Assembly: GCA_021613535.1 (NCBI GenBank)
Contig: CP075495.1
Coordinates: 3,286,001-3,350,000 of the forward strand
DNA length: 64,000 bases
Direction: 5' to 3'
DNA from: Adineta vaga
Lineage: Eukaryota > Animalia > Rotifera
Each line of letters starts with the position of its first letter. Position 1 is the first letter of the stretch. Below, one piece after another: positions 16,401-28,583 of this stretch. Below the pieces are notes generated by a model, which was not told the DNA's origin, did not search any database, and saw only the letters and a list, made by a program, of their open reading frames with translations. The translations under genes were made by a program, and so were the position numbers.

Positions 16401-19400
16401 TACATGTTTGTCCAAGTAAAGGTGGAGAATTTAAATCCATATCGACCGTATAAACATAAATGTCTTGATGTGGTTTAATTGTTTGTAAATTAAATGTACA
16501 ATCTATATTATTTTGAGTATTTGGAAAATTTGGTGAAATTAAAAATCCACGTTCAGTATCTACTGTTGGTAATGTATTGTTATTACATAGATTAAAAATA
16601 CTAATTTCTTGTATTTCATTTGGTATACATGTATAATCAACATGTAAATAAGCGCTCGGTCGATTTTGACATGCTGTTAAAGTTTTAGCAAAATGATAGG
16701 CTGTACATGATGGTTTACCAGCACAAACAGTTTGAATAGTTATTGAATCACTTTGAAAACAATCATTTTGATCATAAACACAAGCACTTGCACTAGTACT
16801 GCCATCAGGTTTAGCAGCATAATCAGCAGTTATTATATCAATAACATAACCAACTGGACATCGAAGTGCTTGAGATTGACCGCGACAAATGTCATAAATG
16901 CTTGAATCAGTAATACCTAATTCACAAAATCCCCATTGACGATCTGTATCATAATTACTTGTTAATGAACACCATGGTCCTTTAACGCCTTGACTAGATG
17001 GAGTTGATGGTGGATCAGTTCTTAGACAAACTGTTTGTGTATTGCCTTGATAGATAAATGGAAGTTTACAATATTGACGTGTACCATTTGTTGTTCCACC
17101 AAATGCACCAACTACGAAACACAAAAGAAGATTTCTATTTCAAAAAAGACGAAAGAAAATTGAACTTACTCATAGAACTTGGTGGTGCAATACTTGTTGT
17201 AGTTGGTGGTCGAGGTGTTGTTGGTTTTGGTGTTGTTGTTGAAAAACCACTAGGCTGACATGTCCAACCACTAGGTACATCAACTGTTTGAAAGAAAACT
17301 TTAAAACCACGATAACCAAGTGCTTGATGAGTTGAAACAAATTTGAAGTCAACAATATTTGAACAACTAACAAGAATAAGTTGTGGTTGTTGTAAACCAC
17401 AAAGAACAATTCGATCATTTCCATCGGAAATAGTAAATGATGCTGCATCACAATTACCAGCATCATTTGATCCTTCCAAAAATAGATCAACAATAAATAC
17501 CATCCACAATTTACTTGATAATGTTTCAATGCGTTTTGAACAAGTACGTGCAGCACCTAAACTTGGATATTGTGGACTAATCATCATACCTGCATTCATT
17601 GCAATTGTATCTGTTGTTGCCGATGCACATATATCAATAGGATTTTCATTGTCTGGCAAACGTGTTGGAATACATTCATAATCTATACTGAGATAATCAG
17701 CATTTTGAAGACCACATTGTACTAAAGGTTTTGGAAAATCATATTCAATGAAACATGAATGTGTACATGTTAGACCGAGTGAAGCTTCTTGATGACAATG
17801 TGTTGCAGATGGAATTTCACACATGCCTGTACCCGTAACACCATAATTGGATTCAATCACTGAAAGAACATAATCTGATCCACGAGGACATCGTAAAGTA
17901 TGTGAATTTCCAAGACAAATATGATGCGAAAGTATTGGTGAAAGTTCTAAATTTTGTGCCCATATTGGGTCTGGTTCTTGAGGAAGTGTCGTCGTTGATA
18001 AACCAGGATTACCACCACAATTGATTTCAACAGGTTTTTCCATCCATTCAAAATAAAATTTAAAACCTTTGTAGAAAATATTTGGTGGAGATGCACCTTT
18101 ATATTGAATATCTACTCGTGCAGCACAAATTGGCATTATTGCTAGTTTTCGTTTACCACAATAGACATAGGCAGTATGTGGAGTATTGACAATCAAATAA
18201 TCATTGATACATACATCACGAACGGATGGGCTTGCTTCTATTAATTCACCTAAATTTTCATTTTCATGATTCTTATAGATAACTAAATTGGGTTCATTTG
18301 ACTCATCTAAAAAGCAGAAAAAAATCGAAGGAATTCAAAAAAAGAAAGTATTCAAGGAAAAGATTCGTACCATTTGCACTGCGTTGACCATCACTTCCTA
18401 CAGCCATTTGATTAATCCAAATTTTCAAAACTCGATCTTGTATACCAATTAATGATCGTTTACAAACACCATTTGTTTGTTTATAAGATGGATAACCTGG
18501 ACTAGTTACAATACCACTAAAATCAGCAATATCATTATTTGTATCACATATATCATATGTTCGAATAGTTGCTGTTGTTCCTACTGATCGACTTGGTACA
18601 CATTGACTAGTTATATGTAAGTAATCAGCATATTTATCTTGACATTGAGCAAGTCGTCGTTGTGATGAATAAGAAATATAACAACTCGGTGCATCAGTTT
18701 GACATTGTGTAAGTGTTGATAATGTTTCATGTACACAATCACCTTGTACGAATTCACATTGATTCGATGCTTGTTTTTTGACACCATAAAAAGCCCCAAT
18801 CATCATGAATGTATAACCTGTTGGACATGTATAGCTCAATGATTTCGTATAACAAATATCATGTTCAAGTTCATCGCGAGCACCCATTGTTGTTTCATTT
18901 GTTAATGGTGCTGCAGTTGGAGTTGTAAATGGTATTGTTGGAGTAGACGGTGTAGTAGGTGTTGTTATCGCTGGTTGTCCACATGACCAATCGAATGGAC
19001 GTGCTTGACTTTCAATATATAATTCGGCACCATCAGAAAAGTCCATGTTAGCATTACCAACAATATAACGTAGATCAATTTCATTTGAACAAGTTGAATA
19101 CAGTAAAGAAAATGTATATTCTTCGCAAAAATCTGATCCTTGAGTTTCTCCATCTTCTACAAATGAAATTTTATTTGCTTTACAGTCTGAATCAAAATCA
19201 TTCATATTGATATCAAGCGAATAAATATGCATGATATCACCGACTTTAGTTGATAATCGATATGTGCAATTCATTTTTGTGAAAATTGGAAAATTATAAT
19301 TTCGAAAACGACCACTACGATCAATTTTAATTGGAATTTTTGAACCATCGGCTGGACATGGAATATTTGGTGTAACGACTACACTCTTTGTTGGAATACA

Positions 19401-20600
19401 TTGATATTCAACATATTGATATGTTGCAACGTTATTATTACATGATGGAATAACTTGATTACCTGTGTACGTATATGAGCAACTTTGACGACACCATAAT
19501 GGTGGGTCTGTTGTAACAACACAATGTTTAGTAGCATCATGATCTTGACATTGACCAGATTGAGTAACACCATAAATATTTGTTCGGATAGTGACGACGT
19601 AATTATTTGGACATTGAAGTGTATGTGATTGACCTAGAAGATACAGAGACGATAGAATCAAATAGTATTACAGTTGATCGTAAGGAAAGAAAAAAAGAGT
19701 AAATTTACCTTGACAAAGTTGAAAACTTCGCACCGGTGATGAAATTCCAAGTATAACATAAATAGGCACAGTTGTTGTCATATCTCGATCAGTTGTTGTT
19801 GAAATTGTTGTTGTTGATGCAATTGGTGTTACTGTTCCATTTGGATTGGGACAAATATCATTTGATACTCGATCAACTATTTCAAAATACATTCTCAGAC
19901 CACGATAATATGACGCTTGTGTCTGTGCAAGATATTGAATGATAATTGTTGATGAACATAAATATGGATAAGCATATCGTTTAACACCACAATGTCGATA
20001 AGTTTGTATACTATCAACAACATAAATATGATCTTTCGGACAATTAATACCTGCTGAACTAATATACAGATCACTCAACCATAAACGAATAGCTTTATCA
20101 CTAGGAACATGTATAGCACGAAAACATTCCGCTGTAGTTAGTTGAAATTGAGATGGATAACCAGGAGATTTTAATATTCCACTATCACTTGTGATATCTG
20201 TACCATTTTGACAAACATTATATTCTTTTGATGGATCATCCATCGATAATGGCACACAATCAAATTCAATATGAACATAACTACCATATTGATCATTACA
20301 TTGTGGTAATTTCTTTTTCGTTGCATATACATTACATTGAACAGAGTCAGTATTACATATTACAATACTCATAGCATCAGCAACACAATCACCAGGTGAA
20401 TAACTACATGAACCAGATATCTGTGCTACACCATATTCAGCACTTGTAACAACAATCACAGAATTACTTGGACAACGAAGAGTAACACTTGATGCCACAC
20501 AAGACTCAACTGGTGGCATTTTTTGTACTTTTTGTCCATTAGTGTAAAAGATATATTGTAATATATACAAACTAGTGAAAATTAATCTAAATATCGTCAT
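13453..20600 (-). CDS. Type I membrane protein with 8 tandem SUEL/Gal-lectin + CUB pairs, one fibronectin type II domain, Thr-rich linkers, TM helix and short tail (about 2,300 aa)
   Basis: Four exons (20600-19709, 19633-18371, 18306-17170, 17111-13453) joined by phase-1 GT-AG introns. Signal peptide. SUEL motifs (LRCP..VI...A.YG...YL.V.Y.C), CUB motifs (G.L.SP.YP...CG...GF), FN2 (CKLPFIYQG...WCSLTSNYDTDRQWGFC), TM GLIAGIIIGILVVLGGVAGALYY-RRR. Confidence 0.9.
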
Positions 20601-21487
20601 TTCGCACGAAAATATGTTATTGCTACAACTCTTAGAAAGAAACTAAAAGAGTAATAGCATTGAAAGACACCAGAATTGTAAATGATAATAATAAAAACAA
20701 CACAAATATAGTCCTCAGCTTTTATTTGCATCAACTATAGATAAAGGACAACAAACGAAGAAGATATTGTTATCTAAGATATTCTTTCTTTTTTTTTGCT
20801 TTGTTGCTCTTTTTTTCGGCAATACAGCTATTTCAGTCTTTTCTTCTTCTTCTTCTTCTTCTTCTTCTTCGTGTTCGCTCATTTACTATCTAAATAATGT
20901 CCGTAAGATGACGCGAAAGAAAAAAAGGTGATAAAACATCTTGAAACTATTATATAGGACGAAGTGTTTCATCTCTTTCTTTTCATTTTAAATAAACAAT
21001 CGAAGATATTCAGAACAAAATAACCGAATAGATCTCATGTCTATATTAATCATAATGATAGCAAGAAAAATAATACATCTATATCATATCACTTTCGAAT
21101 AAGATAACCGTGTTCTTCATACGTGTATTTGCTTTAAAAATCTTTTAGAACAAACAACAACCTACGCATCTTTAGTAGTTCGTCTTCAATTTCAAGATAT
21201 TTAATTCAGATTTATGTTTCTCTTCTCCATAGTTAATTAAGTTTTGTTTTGTTTATTACGAACACAAAAAGAAAGAGGAGAAAAGGACCAACACAAGAAA
21301 AACAAACAAACGTAAATACATTAAAGAAAAAAAAATTGTGTTTTTTTGTGTTTGTGAATGTTTTAATTTAGTCTCATATTAGTATATTGTACGTAATAGT
21401 GACGTACATATACATATGTAGAAAATCAAATGAGAACGACAAAAAGAGACGTAAATAGACAACAAACTACTGTCGAAATGTTTTCAT

Positions 21488-24400
21488 TTATAGAATATAA
21501 TCAAGTTCATATCGAGCATAGTCATTACGTGGTTTTACAGTACGTTTTTGATATCTTTCATCATCTTCTTTCGTTGTTATAATAGAATCATCAACAATAC
21601 GTGGATAAGCACAGATTAAGGAATCTTGTGAACCAATATATAAAGTATTATAAACTTTCCAATAAACATCACGTACACGTCGAGCTGGATGAAATAGACC
21701 CTAAAATGAAAAGAAATACGATACAATCAATCACTAAATTATTCCATTTAAATATTTACCTGTAATGTATAATAAAGAATTCGACATGGTCCCATACCAA
21801 CACGTAAACCTTCAATAGCAGAAATAAACGCTTGAATAACATGAGGACTTGTTTCAAAAATATTTGGCCAAACATGATTTAATAAATGACATAATGCATC
21901 TTCACAACCAAAACCAAATACACCTAATGCCATATGTCCAATAGCAGTCATTGCTGTTTGACGATGTACTAAATCTCTATCCATCATAGCATCTTCTAAT
22001 AATGGTGTAACAGCATAGATATAATCTTTGGACATTTCACCAATGTATTCAAACATAAATGCTAATGCTTTCAAAACACCATTTTGAACATTTAATTCGG
22101 GTACACGATATTCATTCATCAAACCTAAAGAGAAAGCAAACATAGAATTAGAAAAAAATCAAAGAAGAAATCTTTTACCTGGTAAAACAGTGAATGGTGA
22201 ACATGATTCGGAGACAATAGCAATAGCAACAGTTGTACAAACACGTAATTGACGTTCTTGAACTTTGAGATTATTTAATAATGTAGCAAGAACATCATGT
22301 GGACCAATGGCTTTTGCTATATAACCGAATGTATTGATTGCTGCACGACGAATGGATTTTTTATGTGCTTTAAGTAATTCCAGTAATTCGAAACAAATAC
22401 GCATCCATTCACGAGCTGGAACATGTTCGGCACCTAATTCAGCAATACGACCAACAAGATCAATACAATTTTCTTGAACTTTTTCATGTCTAAATAAAAT
22501 TATTCAAAATGAAAACTAATTTCTTTATTTCAATTAAGTTTACCTGTTTTTCAAAATTGGTGTTAATCTTGGTAATAGATCTTTAATGGATGGTGTCATA
22601 TTTGTCATACCGATAACATTAACAATACCTAAAATATTTATTATAGATTCGTTCTATATTCTTTATTTCTATGATTTCTTACCTTTTAATGCTCCCAGAA
22701 TACTTCCTAGAACTTCTGGATATTCTTCACCTAAATATTCATATAAAACTTGTCCCAATTGTCCCATTAATTTTTCTTCTGAACATAATTTCATTACATT
22801 TGCTATTTTCTGAATAAGATCAGCTGCTTGTTGTCGAACTTTGGCTGCTTTATTATTTAAACGCCATAAAATTGTTCCACATATTTGTGGTAAATAAGCT
22901 TTACAACGTTTTCCTAATGAATTAACAACTGCACCAAAGCCATTTAACATAACAGCATCTTCAGTTGTTTGTTCTTGAAAAGCATAAAGTATACCATCAA
23001 TTAATTGTTCTTCTAAACGTGAATCAATATCAGCTGAACCCAAATTTGTCATAATTTTTTCAATTGTTTCAATAACCATTTTACGATATTGTTCAGATTC
23101 ATCTTTCAAATCATCAACAATACGATTAATAATTTCTGATGAACCAACTTTATTTGCCATTTCAACAGTTGTATCAACTAATTGTCGATAATTACGACGA
23201 TCTAAAGCCATACGTTGATTCCAAAAATATCGAAAAAATGCTGGTAAAACTTCTTCTTTAATATATTTCGCTTCGACACCATCTGTTGCTGTACATTGTT
23301 TAACAACTTTGAGAACAATTTTTTTCATTTCTTCATCGGGAGATTGAAATTCACGAATTAATATAACCATTACTTCACGGGTGTAATAACCGGCATATTC
23401 AGCATCCATTAATGGAATTAAATAACCAATTGCTTTGAGAAATGCCGCAAGACCCTAAATGAAAGTGATCAAATTATTTTCATATCGTATATCAATGAAA
23501 TTAAGACTATCTACTTACTTTTCCACGATGTTGTCTAATACCATTCCATAATGGTTTGAGAACAGTATCGAAAGATTCAATGCCATATGGTGCAGCTGCT
23601 TCTGCTAATGCAGCAATACCTAACGCAGTAATTGTTCGTACTTTTTGTTGTTCATCGACGAGACCTAAAATTTTAAATAAAACAAATATTTCATAGAGAA
23701 AAACAAACATTAACATTCAAGTTATTTTCTTACCATGTTCAATAATTTCAACTAAGGATTTTAAATGTGGTAAAATTGCACAACCAAGTAAAATAGCAAT
23801 TTGTTGAATAATTTTTATGCCCGTATGTCTTGCTTGCCAAGATTTTTTACTTTTACAAACAGCTTTTAAAAATGGTAATAAGGCTGGTATACCAAGTGCG
23901 GATGCCACGACAGCAAAAGCACGTGCAGTTGTATTACGTACATATTCATCTAAATTATCAATATCAGGTCTCATCGTTGAGATCATTGTAGCTAAACCAG
24001 CAGCTTTAGCTAAATTCGATATAATTTCACGACCTTCAACACGTGCATAATAATCTTCATCGATTAAAAGTGGTTCAATAACGACACAAATTTTATGAAC
24101 ATATGGACGAACAAGATCATCAAGTTTATATAAAATACGATCAATAACTTTAACAAGTAAATGACGTTCTTGATCTTCTAATGTTGGCGACATCAATAAT
24201 GGTAATATCTGATTAAATAATGGACCAGCACCAAATTCACGTGCTTTATCAGTAATTTGTCGTAATGCTGCTTTACGCATTGGTGGTGTACCATTTTTAA
24301 TTTTTAATAATAATTTCATAATTTTACGTTCTTTTTGTTCTTCAGGTGAAAGTGCTTCTTCATCAACTTCTTGTAATAATTTATCAAAATATTGTAAATC

Positions 24401-26669
24401 ATCAGGTTTTAATAGAGGTAAATTTCCTGATGGTTGATATTCTTGTAATTGATTCGATTGAGCAACTTGTCCATGAGCTGAGTCTTGAATATGAAAACCA
24501 GACATAGTAGTTTGTGGTGTTGGTGTAGCAATTAATTTTCTTGCTGGTGTACGGATTGGTATGTAGGATGCAGGTGGTGGTAAAACTTTATATCCCGGTG
24601 GAAACATTGCATCAAGTTCTTCATCTGATAATGGACGATTACGTTCATCTATTTCACGTTCCCAACGATAAGCTTGCATTTGTTCTGGTGTCATTGGAAC
24701 TTGACTAACTGATGGCGTAGCCATATTAGCAGCACGTGCACCTACTGGTGTAGCTATGATTGGTGTCATACCCGGTGTAAAGCCACTGGAAGTACGAGGA
24801 GTGGATGCAACACCAATTTCTTTTGTTAGCGGTGTAAAACCACCTCCATTCGTTGTCGTTGCATTTGCAGGCGTTTCATCCCAACGTGAACGACGTTTAT
24901 CACCGGAAGGTGTTGGTGTTGCACCCATGATATAATCAGCATCATCCATACCACCACGATCGGTTTTCGGCGTTTCTGCCCATCCTGAATTTGTGGTTTC
25001 TAATAGAAAATTAAAAAAGAAAGATAAAACAAACAAACTTTTCTAAATTATATTACCTCGTTCAGTACGTGGAGTCTAAATTGAAAGAAAAGAAAAGAAA
25101 ATAGATTAGTTAAATCAAAATATAAAATTGAAATTTATTTACTTCATCCCATCGATTACGTTTATTTGATGGTGTTGCTGAATGATGAGGTGTTTCGGCA
25201 CCAGGTGTACGTGAAGCCATTGGTGTTTCATCGAATGATGAGTGACCAGGAGCTGGTGTTGCATCCCATATTCGATGAGCTGGTGTTACTGCCTTGAAAA
25301 CGAAATCACAAATAATATTTTACAAAGAGAAAAAAAAACATCAACTTACTTCATCATATGCAGTTTTCTTTGCTTTCGGATCAGTATCTTCGGCAGGACC
25401 AGTTTGATCCCATCGTCGTCGACGTTTTTCTGCACTAGAACTTGCACTTCCATTAGCTCCTGCACCACCTTGATTTTCAGCTGCTTTCATTTTTTCTGCA
25501 ATTTGATTTCGTGTATCTGCCTTAGCATTTCGTATAGCAATTTCTCCCATAATATCTGCATAACCACGTCCTTTTGCATGTGGATCAGGTGTTTTTCCAC
25601 CTAAACAAAATTGAAATACGAATCATTAATCAAATCAAAACGAAAATCTAATGTTGTTCAAAGAAATAAAAGACCCACCGTTTTGAATGAATACTACCTC
25701 GTTTTCTTTTGGAAAGATTGAATGAATATCAAGAAAGACTTTATAGAAAAAGGAAACATTTTTTCAATAGAAAATATTATTATTTATCATAGTAGTATCT
25801 GTACCATGCTCGAGCTCATTTCAAGCAAGATGATTGTCAACGTTGAGAATGAGACAACACGTTGATAATCGTTTCAAGTCTAAAAAATAAGCTAAGATTC
25901 TAATAAGATAAACATAGGCGTTTTTTATCAAACATTCACACCTTTTCTTTCTATAAGAAACTAGTACATATGGAGATGATGTGTATATATCCATGTCGCC
26001 AAAGCGCCTATAAAAATGAACTCGGTATCAGAATAACCTCTTAGAATATGAGATAATAAACTTCTACTCTAGATAATAATCAAGAAAATCAATCATTTAC
26101 CGTCAGCAAAATAATCGACTCGTTCAGGTGAAATCATTCCTGGTACCATACGTCGTTTCTTTTGATATTCATTTTCACGATCAGCTATCGTTGGTCGACG
26201 ATGTTCAGCTAATGGATCAAAGTTCTATCCAAATAAAAAAAAATAATAGTAAAACTTTTCATAAAACAACGTTTCTCATTTACTTGATCTATATTTGGAA
26301 TAATTTGACGAATATCATCGGATGGTCCATATCGTTTTAATTTCGTATTTGATAATGATGATTGAAAATTTTCATCCTCATCCTAAATAGAAGTAAAAAA
26401 ATCTTTTGACTTTCAAAAACAACATTGATTACTTACATCATCATCATTAGTTCCTGGTAAAGAATTCAAATAACCACTACGACCATCATCTTCATATAAT
26501 TCTGTATCAAGAATTTGTTGACCAAATCGTGTACCACGAGCTTCATCTTCTTCTTTTCGTCGCTCATCTCGCATAGCCTTCGATTGAGCTTCGATTGCTT
26601 TAAAAAACAAAAAGGGAATCGTTTCATTTCAAAAACAAAAATTTTCTTACCGTCATGTTTGGAACTCAT
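21488..26669 (-). CDS. SF3B1: Splicing factor 3B subunit 1
   Basis: RWDETP/TP repeats, [22 protein letters not shown], highly conserved HEAT repeats ([23 protein letters not shown]; DEQQKVRTI), C-terminal RYELDYIL. Confidence 0.98.
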
Positions 26670-28583
26670 GGTGTATTAAGCAATACGAACCAAGAGTAAG
26701 AATAGATTGCTGCTGTTCGAACTGTATTGCGTAAATATGTTGACAAAAAGAAAATAACAACAATTGTTTAGAAAATTTAGTTCGTGAAATTAATCAATCA
26801 GAATCGTTCTTAAAAAAAAGCAATAAATTTATTGAAGTTTTTATTTTTATCAAAAAAAAACTACGGAAAAAGAAAATATTTTACTTGATTATTTTATCAT
26901 AGTTATGCATTTAGATATGAATTTGATTGGTTCATTATTGTAAGCAATGAAAGAATTACGAACGAAAATAGATGAACTGAATGTTTAAAGAAAGGAAAAA
27001 AAAGACAATTTTAGTTTTGATTTGTTGTTATCAATAAGTAAAGAAATAAATAAAATTTCTTCGAAACTTTTTTGTCTATTTTATTCAGATAATCAAAACT
27101 ACAGAAAAAATCGTCTTTATTTGTTGAATTTTGATTTTCATTATCTTATTATTTCGTATGTTTTCATCATTTGTTGACGGTATGCATCCACATCAACATT
27201 TTCCACTTATGCAATTACCTGATCGACAACAGATTCAAATACCAACTGGGTAAGATAGTCAAATTTATTATTCTTTTTATTTAGAGAAAATTAAATTCCA
27301 AAGACTTTTTTTCTTATATAAAGCTATTATTAATCTTGTCGTTCATTAATTGTTGTACGAATAGAAAAATAAATATCGATATGAGATCAATAGATTTGCG
27401 TTTAGACATTGTTTACATTTCACATAACCTTTCTGTTTGGTAGTAGTAACATTCTTAACATGACATTTTTCTTTCTCATTAGTATGTTGAAAATACGAAG
27501 AAAAAGGAGGAAGAAAAATAGGGAGACGAAAAACTAGTTAGAAGTGAATTATTATTGACAATCGATTGTCATTGTTCATTATTATTTGATATCATTCGAG
27601 CTTATTTCTTAAATTTCCTTTTCTCTTTTCATTTTTTCTCAGAAGAATATTATCAAAAAACGAAAAACTTATTCGAATGTGTCTGACCCGAAATCAATAG
27701 GCGATAAATCATCACGGTCGTTCATTTATTTGCTCTCTCTCTCTTCTGCTCTTTCTTCTCGTCATTCTTGCCTTACTTGACCCTTGGCGAACGTGTCCGA
27801 CAAACTTTCAAACCTATCACTATGTATATGTTGCCCCCGATTAATTAAGTTTTTCTTTCTCTGTTCTGTTCTCGGATGAGGGAGAGAGAGAGGCAGAGGC
27901 AAACACGTACAGAATAGGAAAAAACGAGAGCGGGCATACTTTTGATTTGCTTAGAACAGAACAATTCATTTTCTCTTTATCAGTTTTTTTCCTTCTCCTT
28001 CTTTTCCTCTCTTTTTCTACGAACGAAATAAGAAATAATTATATGATGTGGCCGAAGCTAACGTACAAAAATATAGAAAAACGAGAGAGTGAGAGAAAAA
28101 GCGATTAGAAAAGAAAAGAGAAGGAGAAAAAGAAACGAAGGGGACCTTTCGTCGCCGTCGCCGTTGTCTTCATCACATTCTCTCATACATTACCATGCCG
28201 CCATTCAAGATGTCGGATCTTTTTTTGTTTCTATCAAAGCGAACAATATGATGTTTTTTTTTAAATATATACATCTAGGTCTGCGCGTGTTCTCTAGTGT
28301 TTTTTCCTCCTTTATTGCTCCTCTAATGCACATGTATAACGCCTGCTCCATCATCATCATTGCCACACATGTATATATATATATATGTATATGTGTCAGA
28401 AGAATGAGAGAACGTTATCGATGTCATCTACTCTTGAGTTTATGTTAAGTGATAATGATGGTGATGGTTAAATTGTTAATATACATGATGTGAACATAAA
28501 CAATAAAAGAAAAAACGTAAATCCTTCGCTTACAGATTGAATATCTATCGATGTAATACATTCATATTAAATCTTGATACAAA

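Noticed and set aside
13707-19573. Many short alternative-frame and antisense ORFs inside the SUEL-CUB gene
   Set aside because: Shadow ORFs produced by codon bias. No independent motifs or splice structure.
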